Shown here one piece after another: positions 29,484-38,821 of a stretch of 40,205 nt of DNA. The first letter of the stretch is position 1. Each line of letters opens with the position of its first letter. A program made the position numbers and the translations under genes. The notes under the pieces were generated by a model. It was not told the DNA's origin and did not search any database. It was given only the letters and a program-made list of their open reading frames with translations. The stretch comes from Sphingomonadales bacterium. Lineage in GTDB: Bacteria > Pseudomonadota > Alphaproteobacteria > Sphingomonadales > Sphingomonadaceae. The stretch is taken from positions 1 to 40,205 of the forward strand of contig JANOQL010000148.1 in NCBI GenBank assembly GCA_031414835.1, written 5' to 3'.

Positions 29484-31085
29484 TTACGCAGCCGCCGCGC
29501 GTGGTTTTGTGAGTGAATGCGCAGTGACCTGCTCGGCAATCATTGCAACTGCCGCGTGAGCAGACTGGATGCCGCCTTCCTGCCAACCGGGAGTCTGGCT
29601 CAACGCAGCACTGGCAAAAACCGTGCGCCCGCTCGGCTGACAGAGCAGTCGAAACTCGGGCGTATCGTTGTGCGTTTCTTGCGGTCCCTTCCGGTCCGGG
29701 TTCCAGTTCGGCCACGGCCCGAGGCTGAGCGGCACTTTCTTCCAGTTGACCGCAAGCGGATTGCTGCAATCCTTACCATGCCCCGGATGCGCCTTCTCGA
29801 TCGCGGCGCGTGCCATCGCGATCTGTTCGGCAATCGGTCGCTTGGCGAATTTGGTCCCCGATTCGCCCGAGCTGTAACAGCCCAGCAACATCCCGCGCTC
29901 GCTGTGATGCCCCCACGATGGATACCAGATCAGCGACGTTTCGCCGCCGACAAAGCTGATGCCGCCGTAAATCTGGTCACGTTCCCAAAACCGCGGTGCA
30001 TCGAACGCAACCTTGTTCGAATCATCATATTGCACGCTCGCGATTGCCGTTGTGACAGGCTTGGGAAAATCGGTATCGATCTTGGCGAGCACCGGGAACG
30101 GGATCGTGCAGACGCAATAATCGGCCTTTACCGTCCTCGCGATGCCCGACGCCGTTTCGACCATGTTGACCGTGACACCGGTGGCCGAATGCCGGACGCG
30201 TTGCACCTCGACGCCGCGCACCGCACGACGTTTCAGCCGGCGTTCGATGCCGACCGGAATCTGATCCATGCCACCAACCGGCTGAAACATCGTCGCCTGC
30301 ATGTAAAGCTGATCCTCGAACAGCGTCTGGTTAAGCCGTTCATTGGCGAGCAGCGCTGACAATGGCGTTGGCGCTGCGGGCGATTCAAAGCCTGAAACGC
30401 CAGCGCCAGGCGCTGTGCCAAATCCTGACCTAACCGTGCCCTTGAACGCGAAATCGCCGTCGAGATCGCCGTAGAATTTGAGGAACGGCATCAGCTTTGC
30501 TTTGTCTTCAGCTGAAACGGCAGCATCGAGCGCGCCTTGGTTCACCGCCTTGGCGAGCAGCTCGGCGATGTGCCCGCGTGTGTCGTTGATCGCGGTGCGC
30601 ATCCGGAATTTCGATCCGTTGTTGGCGACGATATAGGCAGACCGGCTCGAGTTGATTTCGACTTCGAGCGGCACGGCAAACTTGCGCGCATAGCCAAGGA
30701 TGCCCTCGTGGAAACTCGGCAATCGCGCGGGGCCAGCGTTGAAATAGAGCCCGTCCGAAAATTTGGCAGTCTGCGTAGTTTCGCCGATCATTTCGATCTT
30801 GTCGCCATTGCGGACTGTCCAGGCCCGACCGCCGACTCTGTCCCGCGCTTCGAGCACGGTGACATCGAAGCCGCGCTGTTCGAGTTCATGCGCCGCGACC
30901 AATCCGGCGATTCCGGCGCCGAGGACAACGACCGTGCGCCCCTTGCCAAAACCATTACCGGTATCAGGAAGCGCCGCCATCGCCGTTGCTGAGCTGAAAA
31001 GTCCCAATGCCTGCATCGCGCTGGCGGTCGCGGCTGTGCCGCCGACACGCCCGAAATGCTGCAACAAATTTCGCCGTGATATCAT
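29484..31085 (-). CDS. Tat-exported flavin monoamine oxidase / L-amino acid oxidase family protein
   Basis: MISRRNLL twin-arginine signal; GAGIAGL FAD-binding motif; [10 protein letters not shown]; GPAR; GWQEGG near the C-terminus. Confidence 0.9.
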   Translation of the reverse strand: MISRRNLLQHFGRVGGTAATASAMQALGLFSSATAMAALPDTGNGFGKGRTVVVLGAGIAGLVAAHELEQRGFDVTVLEARDRVGGRAWTVRNGDKIEMIGETTQTAKFSDGLYFNAGPARLPSFHEGILGYARKFAVPLEVEINSSRSAYIVANNGSKFRMRTAINDTRGHIAELLAKAVNQGALDAAVSAEDKAKLMPFLKFYGDLDGDFAFKGTVRSGFGTAPGAGVSGFESPAAPTPLSALLANERLNQTLFEDQLYMQATMFQPVGGMDQIPVGIERRLKRRAVRGVEVQRVRHSATGVTVNMVETASGIARTVKADYCVCTIPFPVLAKIDTDFPKPVTTAIASVQYDDSNKVAFDAPRFWERDQIYGGISFVGGETSLIWYPSWGHHSERGMLLGCYSSGESGTKFAKRPIAEQIAMARAAIEKAHPGHGKDCSNPLAVNWKKVPLSLGPWPNWNPDRKGPQETHNDTPEFRLLCQPSGRTVFASAALSQTPGWQEGGIQSAHAAVAMIAEQVTAHSLTKPRAAAA

Positions 31086-31204
31086 GCGACCCCCCGAAAC
31101 CCCGTTTTCGCATCGCAGACATACCTCACCATCAACCCCGCAGCCATCTCGCAAATTCGCGGCCGCTGAGGCGGGAAGGCTTCGGCACTTGGCCTCCTTC
31201 CCAC

Positions 31205-31290
31205 GCCAATGTTTGCGAATGCGGACTTTTGCGCAATGCTTTGCGGAAATTAGGGGTTTTCGCGCAGTTTTCGGCAATTCGGCGCAATCG
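31205..31290. promoter_or_regulatory. Possible regulator-binding region upstream of the oxidase
   Basis: TTTGCG at 31212, 31228 and 31240 plus further T-tracts between the Lrp gene and the oxidase; function inferred from position only. Confidence 0.3.
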
Positions 31291-31302
31291 CTCGGCGAAT
31301 CT

Positions 31303-31794
31303 TTAGCGCTTCAGGAGCAATGCCGGTGGATTCATGCGCCGTGCGACCTGGCGCATCACGAAACTGCTGCGAATCTTTGCGACATGCGGCAGAATCGAGA
31401 TCTCCTTGCGGTAAATCGTATCATAATCGTTGAACGAGCTGACATGGATCAGGATGATGAAGTCGGTATCGCCCGATACGAAGCCACAATAGGATATTGA
31501 AGGGCATTTCACGACTTCACGTTCGAACGCAGTCAGGATGTCGACACTTTGCGACACCAGCTCGATGGCAACAACGACCACGCCGCTGAACCCGAGTTTC
31601 GCCATATCGAGCCTTGCATCATAGCCACTGATGATGCCGCACTCTTCGAGCGCCTTGCGCCGCCTCGAAACTGAACTGCTCGACAGATGAATGCGTTCGC
31701 CGATCGTCACATCGGAGGCGCGCGCATCCTCGCACAGCACCCGCAAAATCCGGTAATCGGCGTCGTCTAGCGCAATTGCGTCGGAATCTTTCAC
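31303..31794 (-). CDS. Lrp/AsnC family transcriptional regulator
   Basis: [16 protein letters not shown]-terminus; [23 protein letters not shown]; VSGDTDF; GAGGGGG RBS before GTG 31794. Confidence 0.93.
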   Translation of the reverse strand: MKDSDAIALDDADYRILRVLCEDARASDVTIGERIHLSSSSVSRRRKALEECGIISGYDARLDMAKLGFSGVVVVAIELVSQSVDILTAFEREVVKCPSISYCGFVSGDTDFIILIHVSSFNDYDTIYRKEISILPHVAKIRSSFVMRQVARRMNPPALLLKR

Positions 31795-31970
31795 ATGAGT
31801 CCCCCTCAAGCGACGGAATCCTTCGGGCCACCTCTCCTGTGCGTCGAAATTATAGTGCAGCCTATCACGGTTCTTGTGCACTGCAACCGGTAGGAAAGTC
31901 CGGCAATTATCGCTGCTCTGGACAAGAGATCGGCTGCCCGGCTACTCGATCTTGTGGCGGCGCAGCAATT

Positions 31971-33923
31971 GTGCGCTGCCAAGGGGGCTTTATTCGCAGA
32001 TTTGTATTTGGACTGGCCGCGACTTCGGGCTTCGTGGTGATGGCTTCGCCAGCGATGGCGCAGCGGACGCAGGACAATGTCGTCACATCGGCAGGTGACG
32101 CATTCGGCGTGGCGGTGGGCAATGAAAAGATCGGCCTCTACAATAATGATGAGGTGCGCGGCTTTAACCCGATCGAGGCCGGGAATGCGCGGATCGAAGG
32201 GCTGTATTTCGATCAACAGGACCGCCCGAGCAATCGCACGATCGAAGGTTCGACGATCCGCGTTGGCATCACGGCACAAGGCATCCCGTTTCCTGCCCCC
32301 ACGGGCATCGTCGATTACCGGCTCCGCACGACGCGCGATGCGCTGGGGGCATCGATCGAAGTCGAACGCGCGGCCTATGGCGGTGTCGCAGGTTCGGTTG
32401 AAACCAATATCCCGATTGATGGCGGGCGGCTGGTACTGGCGCTCAATGGCGGCATGAGGCGGTTTGTTCAGCCGCAGGGTGGTCGTGTCAAATTTCAGGC
32501 GTATGGCGCGATGCTGCGCTGGAAGCCCTATGCCGGGGCAGAGATTACCGCATTGCACAGCGGGTTCGACAGCCGCGATGAAGATGCCATTCCCGCACTG
32601 TTTCCAGTCGGCACCGATCTGCCACCTGAGATAAAGCGTGGCCGGTTCTTCGGCCAGGATTGGGCGCAACGGACCGCCGGCACGCACCTGAGCGCGCTGA
32701 TTGCCAAACTGCCGCTTGGAAATTGGCGGATCGAAGCCGGCGTGTTTCGTTCGGTTAAATATGTCGATGAAACTTATGCCGATCTGTTTCGCGGGGTCCG
32801 GCCCGATGGCAGCGTTGCGGCGCGAACGATCGTCGCAGATGCTGATAATCGCGATCGATCGACATCCGGCGAGGTTCGGGTTGGATACACCCTCAAGTCC
32901 GGAGCTTTGATGCACACGATCCTGCTGTCTGCGCGCGGCCGCAAGAAAGACCGCGCATTCGGCGGGCAAACAGCGCTTGCGCTTGGCCCGAGCACGCTGA
33001 GCCTGCCTGACCCGAGGGCAAAGCCGCAGTTCAGCTTCGGTGCCAACGCCAGCGACCGGGTTCGGCAGGCGACGCTGGGTGTGGGATACACGCTTGGCTG
33101 GGCGGGGCACGGGTCAATATCCCTGGCCTTGTCCAAAGCCGATTATGAAAAACGTATCGATTTTCCCAACCCGGCCACGCCCGACATCGCCACAAAAAGC
33201 CGACCGTGGCTCTACAGCATTACAGGATCGGTCACGCCGATGCGCGGAGTTGCGGTTTATGGCGGGATCGTACGCGGTTTGGAAGAAAGCCTGATCGCGC
33301 CCGACATTGCGTCGAACCGGAGCGAAGCTCCGCCTGCGATTTTGACGAAACAGATTGAATTGGGCGTCCGCCTCACGCTGCCAGCGCGGATGACATTGGT
33401 TGCAGGCGCGTTTTCAGTCCGCAAACCTTATTTCGGGCTTGATCCTGCATTGCGGTTTGGTGCGCTTGGAACAGTCGAAAATCGCGGGATCGAAGTCTCG
33501 CTAACCGGACAACCGCTCCCCGGCGTCACGATCGTTGCGGGGAGTGTGTTTGTCGATCCGCGCATATCCGGCACCGCAGTCGATAGCGGACGGATCGGCA
33601 GTCGCCCCTTGGGATCGATCACACGGCGGAGCATATTGAACATCGACTGGAGGCCATCTGGCAAGACCCCCTGGTCGATCGACACCGCAATCGAAAGCAC
33701 ATCGGCGCGCACAGGAAACCTCGCCAACACGCTGAAAGCGCCAGCCCGCGCAACGCTCGCGATTGGCGGGCGATATCGGGCGAAGGTGGGTGGCAATGAC
33801 GCGCTGCTTCGTGTGCAAGTCACTAATCTGTTCGACGAATATGGATGGCTGGTCAGCAACAGCGGCGGCTTCACCTATTCGCCCGGGCGAACCTTGGTCG
33901 CCCAGATCAGCCTGGACATTTAG
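31971..33923 (+). CDS. TonB-dependent receptor (start uncertain)
   Basis: Signal peptide ending AMA-Q; plug-like VRGF...RIEGLYF; barrel motifs NRGIEV and VTNLFD; C-terminal PGRT motif. Confidence 0.85.
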   Translation: MRCQGGFIRRFVFGLAATSGFVVMASPAMAQRTQDNVVTSAGDAFGVAVGNEKIGLYNNDEVRGFNPIEAGNARIEGLYFDQQDRPSNRTIEGSTIRVGITAQGIPFPAPTGIVDYRLRTTRDALGASIEVERAAYGGVAGSVETNIPIDGGRLVLALNGGMRRFVQPQGGRVKFQAYGAMLRWKPYAGAEITALHSGFDSRDEDAIPALFPVGTDLPPEIKRGRFFGQDWAQRTAGTHLSALIAKLPLGNWRIEAGVFRSVKYVDETYADLFRGVRPDGSVAARTIVADADNRDRSTSGEVRVGYTLKSGALMHTILLSARGRKKDRAFGGQTALALGPSTLSLPDPRAKPQFSFGANASDRVRQATLGVGYTLGWAGHGSISLALSKADYEKRIDFPNPATPDIATKSRPWLYSITGSVTPMRGVAVYGGIVRGLEESLIAPDIASNRSEAPPAILTKQIELGVRLTLPARMTLVAGAFSVRKPYFGLDPALRFGALGTVENRGIEVSLTGQPLPGVTIVAGSVFVDPRISGTAVDSGRIGSRPLGSITRRSILNIDWRPSGKTPWSIDTAIESTSARTGNLANTLKAPARATLAIGGRYRAKVGGNDALLRVQVTNLFDEYGWLVSNSGGFTYSPGRTLVAQISLDI

Positions 33924-34187
33924 GCCAAGCGTCCAAGCACGCGATCCGCTTCTTTATCGATGAGCCCCGACGATTGCGCAACCGAGCGTGGGGGCAGTTG
34001 CTCGGCACATCGGGAGGAACGGCAAGCGTTCACCACTTAATTGGACAGTGGCTGGATGCCCCGCGAAGACTATAACTACGGTTCTTGATGGTTCGCCGAT
34101 GTCCACTGTTATGGCAGTTTTGCAAGAAATACTGGGTTAGCCGATCCACCGTCGTCCGTTGACATTCGCCTCTAACCGCCTCAATGT

Positions 34188-34211
34188 GTGGGGAAGGATG
34201 TGGGGAAAGAT
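34188..34211 (+). repeat. 12-bp tandem direct repeat before int (possible integrase arm-type sites)
   Basis: GTGGGGAAGGAT GTGGGGAAAGAT running into the ATG; TTGACA at 34159. Confidence 0.5.
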
Positions 34212-35532
34212 GGGCAAGCTCACTGTTGCAAAGGTTCGGAGCGCAAGGCCGGGGCGCAGTGGCCAAGGCAAGCCGATCAAGGCTACACTGCAAGACGGCG
34301 ATGGCATGTTTCTGCTCGTCGCCCCAACGGGTGCGAAGTCATGGATGCTTCGTGTCCAAGTAGACGGCAAACGCCGTGACATCGGGCTTGGCACGGCTGA
34401 TATCGATGGCCTAGGCAGCAACGCTTTCGGGGGAGGCGATAACCAACTGGCCCAGATCTCCTTGATGCTCCGCAAGAGCCTGTCACTTGCGGAGGCGCGC
34501 GAAAAGGCTGCGGCGCTTCGCAAGCTAGCCAAGGCAGGAAGTGATCCGAAGATGGAACGCGACCGGCAGCGAGTGAAGATGCCGACCTTTGCCGAGACGG
34601 TCATCGAAGCGCACAGCGTGCTATCGTCCGGCTGGATTGGTCGCACTGCCAAAGCATTCAAGGCATCGCTAGAGGAACATGCAAACCCCAAGCTGGGCGC
34701 ATTGAAGGTGAACGCGATCGGCAGCGCCGAGGTCATCGCTGCACTCGCCCCGATTTGGACCGATAAGCCTGTCATGGCTCGCAAGGTGCGCGGACGCATT
34801 GGTCAGGTGCTGGCCTTCGCCAAGGCGCGCGGCTGGCGCGCCGACGCGCTCCCCGACGCTCGAGAACTGCGCACGGGCCTTTCAAAGCAGGTGCGCGGCG
34901 GCAATTTCGCCGCGATGCCCTTCGTAGACGTGCCTGCATTCATTGAGGGCGAGCTTGGTAAGGGCGTAAGCGCGAGCCGTCATGCCGTGCTGTTCGCCAT
35001 CCTGACCGCTGCGCGATCAGGTGAGGTCCGCCACGCGACGTGGGAGCAGATTGACCTCGACGCCTGTACATGGACACGTCCGCCAGCGGTAATGAAGATG
35101 AAGGAGGGACACGTCATCACCCTTTCTGACGCTGCCGTTGCATTGCTGGATGCCTATGCGCCAGAGGACATGCGAAAGGGGCTGATCTTTGCGGGTATGC
35201 GTGGCGGGCCGCTGTCCGATATGTCGCTGACCAAGGCTATGCGAACGGCTGGTCGATCCGAAACCGTGCATGGTTTTCGGTCGGCATTCCGCGATTGGGC
35301 AGCCGAGAAGATGCCGACCATCCCTGCCATGGTAGCAGAAATGGCGCTTGCACACCGTGTCGGCACCGCGACGGAGCAAGCCTATTTGCGCACCGATCTG
35401 CGCGACATGCGGGGTGCGCTCATTGAAGCGTGGGGCCGTTTTGCCGCGCCTTCACTGTCCGGGGTCGCGAGCAACGTCACGCCGATCCGCAAGGGTGAGC
35501 CTAGTCGAATAGCAGGAGACCGTCATGGGTGA
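34210..35532 (+). CDS. P4-like tyrosine integrase
   Basis: Arm-binding domain DGDGMFLLV..TGAKSW.LR...GKRRDIGLG...SLAEAR; catalytic residues intact: ARSGE, MK, HGFR, LAH, AY. Confidence 0.95.
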   Translation: MGKLTVAKVRSARPGRSGQGKPIKATLQDGDGMFLLVAPTGAKSWMLRVQVDGKRRDIGLGTADIDGLGSNAFGGGDNQLAQISLMLRKSLSLAEAREKAAALRKLAKAGSDPKMERDRQRVKMPTFAETVIEAHSVLSSGWIGRTAKAFKASLEEHANPKLGALKVNAIGSAEVIAALAPIWTDKPVMARKVRGRIGQVLAFAKARGWRADALPDARELRTGLSKQVRGGNFAAMPFVDVPAFIEGELGKGVSASRHAVLFAILTAARSGEVRHATWEQIDLDACTWTRPPAVMKMKEGHVITLSDAAVALLDAYAPEDMRKGLIFAGMRGGPLSDMSLTKAMRTAGRSETVHGFRSAFRDWAAEKMPTIPAMVAEMALAHRVGTATEQAYLRTDLRDMRGALIEAWGRFAAPSLSGVASNVTPIRKGEPSRIAGDRHG

Positions 35533-35827
35533 ATCGAATCCAGCAGCCATCGCGCTAATTGCCGACATCTCTGGTCATGAGCCTCGCTTTGGCAAAACGC
35601 CAGACGGCCAGCAGTGCCTGCATATCGGCGATACAGTTGTCGTGGCATCGAGCCTCGGACTATGGGGCGACCCGACCGCTTGGCCGCTTGGCGATGGCTC
35701 GTTGACCGTGCGCTGGGGAGGGCAGAGCGTCCAGCTTGCGAAAGATGCGCACGGCCAGTGGCAAGCAGATGTTCTTACCAGTCCGCTTGCGGGCAAGGCC
35801 CGCTTTGTCGCTTATTGGGAAGACTAG
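35525..35827 (+). CDS. Hypothetical protein
   Basis: AGGAG RBS; start overlaps the end of the integrase gene; 100 aa. Confidence 0.55.
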   Translation: MGESNPAAIALIADISGHEPRFGKTPDGQQCLHIGDTVVVASSLGLWGDPTAWPLGDGSLTVRWGGQSVQLAKDAHGQWQADVLTSPLAGKARFVAYWED

Positions 35828-36039
35828 AAGAAAGACGCCATCATAGCGGGTGGAGTGCAATATGAACCCAAAACTCCCAACATAGACCGTGCCATCCTGT
35901 CCAAGGAAAAGTTTCCTCGGGAAAGCCGCTTCGAGGCATGTCAGTCAGACCAGAGCTTGGTTGCAGCCGGCCCGTTTCGACCGATACTTGCGGATGCGAA
36001 CAGGCGGACGGCTTTTCGGATTTGCAAACGGAGCTTCAA

Positions 36040-36504
36040 ATGGATGAGATTGAAGATCTGCTACGAGAGGAACCTCAGGCGAGCGGATACTATGCCCTGA
36101 CAGAAATGCACTATGGCCGATTAGGCTGGCTGGCTGAGCATATCAGGCGCTGCAATTTTCAGATCAGTCCTGCGGTCGCTCGTAAGATCCTATCCATGCT
36201 TGAGAATAGTGAGCCGGAATGCTTTTTCGAACTCAAAGCTGTACGCCGTGCAGGCCTCGCGCCTCGCGCACAGCAACCGCGTCTCCAGCTTTTTCGAGAT
36301 TTCGACATGGCTGTAGAAGTTGCACGAAAGGGTGGGTTTCGTCGCGGGCAATTGATGCGGGTCTGCTTTGAGGTTGGCAAGCCCTACGGGTTGAGCGACA
36401 AATACGTCGCCAAACGCATTCGACAGTATCGTTCCCGCGCCATCGATTCTGTCGATGAAGAAGCAGCGGCCGAAGCCTATCGTCGCGACAAAGTGGATAT
36501 TTAG
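36040..36504 (+). CDS. Hypothetical protein, possible C-terminal HTH
   Basis: GGAG RBS before ATG 36040; helical segment VCFEVGKPYGLSDKYVAKRIRQY; lies just before xis. Confidence 0.62.
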   Translation: MDEIEDLLREEPQASGYYALTEMHYGRLGWLAEHIRRCNFQISPAVARKILSMLENSEPECFFELKAVRRAGLAPRAQQPRLQLFRDFDMAVEVARKGGFRRGQLMRVCFEVGKPYGLSDKYVAKRIRQYRSRAIDSVDEEAAAEAYRRDKVDI

Positions 36505-36591
36505 GCACGTCCAAAACATCCGCGAACTTGCTTTGCTGCCACCCGTTTCGACGCTTACGTGCTGTATCCGCTTTCAACCGGAGGAATCCAA

Positions 36592-36780
36592 ATGAATACG
36601 GATACTACGCCGCTGATCAAAATCGGCTACAGCATTCGCGAAGCGTGCCGCGTGACTAGCCTTGGCCGGACGACGATTTACGGTCACATTTCTGCCGGTC
36701 GCTTGCGCGTTGTTCGCGTCGGGGGCCGCACCATCATTCCCGCCGATGCGCTGCATGCCCTGATCTCCGCTGAGGTCTAA
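36592..36780 (+). CDS. Excisionase-family helix-turn-helix protein
   Basis: GGAGG RBS; YSIREACRVTSLGRTTIYGHISAGRL..VRVGGRTII pattern; 62 aa. Confidence 0.88.
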   Translation: MNTDTTPLIKIGYSIREACRVTSLGRTTIYGHISAGRLRVVRVGGRTIIPADALHALISAEV

Positions 36781-36783
36781 AAA

Positions 36784-37743
36784 ATGACTCAAGCCGCAAA
36801 TCCCGCGCGCGTTCGCGGACGTCGTCCTGTGGATGGAGAACGCGGCCGCGAGCTGCGTACGATCGCAGCATATCTGCAGTGCAACGCTGACACTCCGGCT
36901 GATGTGCCTGATACGACAAAGCCAAAACTCAAACTTTTGAAACTTCACCGCGACGGTCAATTCTGCGGTGCAGTGTTGCCAGCTGAGCTGGACAAGAATG
37001 GCGCAGAACTAAGCTTTTTTATCGATGAATCGTCCGCCCCTCACGTGACGCGCGATTCTGGTGGATCAACGATTGGGACGTCTCCAAAGCATTGCCGGGG
37101 CGGGACACGCCTCCGCGCAGACCGGGTGAGCGAGCACCTGACGCGAGCTCAGGTCGACAACCTGATCGCAGCGACACGTCATGCAATTACGCTCGGCTTG
37201 GAGTTCACGCGGATGATCACGATTCATTGGGAAAGGGCGGGTGTGTCGCTCGAGGACATCGCAAAGGCGACGGGTCGCTACCTTGACCTGCTTCGCAAGA
37301 CCCTGACACGTCACGGTGCCGGTCACGCTGCGATCTGGGTCCAGGAAGGGGGCGACGGGAAAGGTGGGCACTGTCACATTCTCGCACACGTCCCTGCACG
37401 TGTTGTCGATCACGTCACACGTCTCCAGCGTGGCTGGATCAAATCGATCACGGGTCGGCCGTATCGTGGCAAGTCCGTCAGAACTCGCCCAGTCGGCGGA
37501 CGTCTCGGGCTCGAGGTCAGCAACCCAGCATTGTACGGTGTCAACCTTGCCAAGTCGCTGGCCTACCTCATCAAAGGGGCCAACAGAGACGCTGCGCAGC
37601 ACTTCAATCTGACACGTCTCGCACCGTCGGGCCTGTGTATCGGCAAGCGCTGCGGGACGTCCCAAAACATCGGTCCAAAAGCCCGTTTGCAGACACGTCG
37701 CGAAACGAAAAAGCGCACGCCGGCAAGACGTCCAAAGTTTTGA
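36784..37743 (+). CDS. Putative HUH (rolling-circle Rep-like) endonuclease
   Basis: Motifs in Rep order: motif I MITIHW, motif II E...GGHCHIL, motif III LAYLIK. Confidence 0.7.
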   Translation: MTQAANPARVRGRRPVDGERGRELRTIAAYLQCNADTPADVPDTTKPKLKLLKLHRDGQFCGAVLPAELDKNGAELSFFIDESSAPHVTRDSGGSTIGTSPKHCRGGTRLRADRVSEHLTRAQVDNLIAATRHAITLGLEFTRMITIHWERAGVSLEDIAKATGRYLDLLRKTLTRHGAGHAAIWVQEGGDGKGGHCHILAHVPARVVDHVTRLQRGWIKSITGRPYRGKSVRTRPVGGRLGLEVSNPALYGVNLAKSLAYLIKGANRDAAQHFNLTRLAPSGLCIGKRCGTSQNIGPKARLQTRRETKKRTPARRPKF

Positions 37744-38185
37744 AAGCTTCTGCATTTAGGGAATTTTCTCGGCGGCTCTGTTGGACACTCCTGACAGTCC
37801 GGTTTTGCGAGTGCTATTAAGGTAAGCCGTCACTTGTTCAGGAAGCTGGCTTTCATTCGCTTCACGCTCCATATCGAACGTTAAGCCATCGATCTTAAAT
37901 TGCTGAGACGAAACATTGCCTGCCGGGCAACCCTGAAAAAGTTGATTGTCACCCGAAGCGTCCGAAGTGAATGTGCGCCGATGGTTTGGGAACAATTATC
38001 AGTGTAGACGATTAGGGGTTATGTCGGCGCATAATCTTTTCATCTAAAAGACTGCGTCCACATCGGGCGAGGGATATTACGGGATTTCATTTTCGCAAGC
38101 GGCACTGGGTGCTTAATGCAGCTTATCCATGCATGGGAAAAGTGCAGCCAATTTGCGCTGATGTTCAGCAAATTCTTGCAATGAT

Positions 38186-38821
38186 ATGGAAACTCTCGTG
38201 AACGCCGAGCTGGCAACTATAATTCCACCCGTCATCGGTCGCGGACGGGTAGTCCGACCTACCCTGCTAGATTTACTGAGGGCGGATACGGCGGTCGTTC
38301 ACGCACGACTTCACGGCCATCCCGGCTTGGCAGCGGTTCAATCAGGGACGATCAATCCCAGCGCTTATACCGAGCTGCTCAGTCGCCTTTATGGCTTTCA
38401 CTGTTCTTTTGAACGGGTAGCAGGACTCGCGCCCCAGCGAACAAACTGGCTGGAGAACGATCTGGCCGCATTGGGCGTTGATGCCGACAAGCGGGCGGCA
38501 TTGCCCCTATGTGCCGAATTTCCTGAAACAGTGAGGCATGAATATATTCTGGGCGCGCGCTACGTTGTCGAAGGCTCAGCACTGGGCGGTCGCGGTCTAG
38601 CGCGGCAGCTTGACGATTTGTTGGGGGTTGGCGTCGCCGCCGGGCGGCATTTCTTCTGCGGACATGGTGCAGAAACAGGGCGCGTTTGGCGTGACTATCT
38701 GGCGCGACTGGAAGCTGTTCCCCACGTGGAAATGAAATGGATAGCCGTCGTTAAAGGCGCGACCGAAACCTTTGCGATATTCGAACGATGGCTTGAAAAA
38801 TGGGACAATGGCCATGGATAA
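38186..38821 (+). CDS. bphO: Biliverdin-producing heme oxygenase
   Basis: LRADTAVVHARL (proximal His), YVVEGSALGG, FF..HG...W..Y and GA.ETF..F motifs; overlaps the phytochrome start. Confidence 0.9.
   Translation: METLVNAELATIIPPVIGRGRVVRPTLLDLLRADTAVVHARLHGHPGLAAVQSGTINPSAYTELLSRLYGFHCSFERVAGLAPQRTNWLENDLAALGVDADKRAALPLCAEFPETVRHEYILGARYVVEGSALGGRGLARQLDDLLGVGVAAGRHFFCGHGAETGRVWRDYLARLEAVPHVEMKWIAVVKGATETFAIFERWLEKWDNGHG

Larger units (their letters stand above)
9676..34030. mobile_element. Decayed or composite genomic island at tRNA-Glu (boundaries approximate)
   Basis: Integrase remnant directly after the tRNA, accessory cargo genes, and a second related integrase at the far end; no full att duplication found. 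Confidence 0.5.

Noticed and set aside
31806-33110. 434-aa antisense ORF and other long shadow ORFs (2700..3674, 7635..8555, 22708..23784)
   Set aside because: They lie opposite well-supported genes, as is typical of GC-rich DNA
37756-37995. 79-aa minus-strand ORF after rep
   Set aside because: No clear RBS or motif; it cannot be told apart from AT-rich intergenic sequence
38019-38051. GGCGCATAA resembling the XerC arm of a dif site
   Set aside because: No acceptable XerD arm (TTATGTTAAAT-like) after the 6-bp spacer
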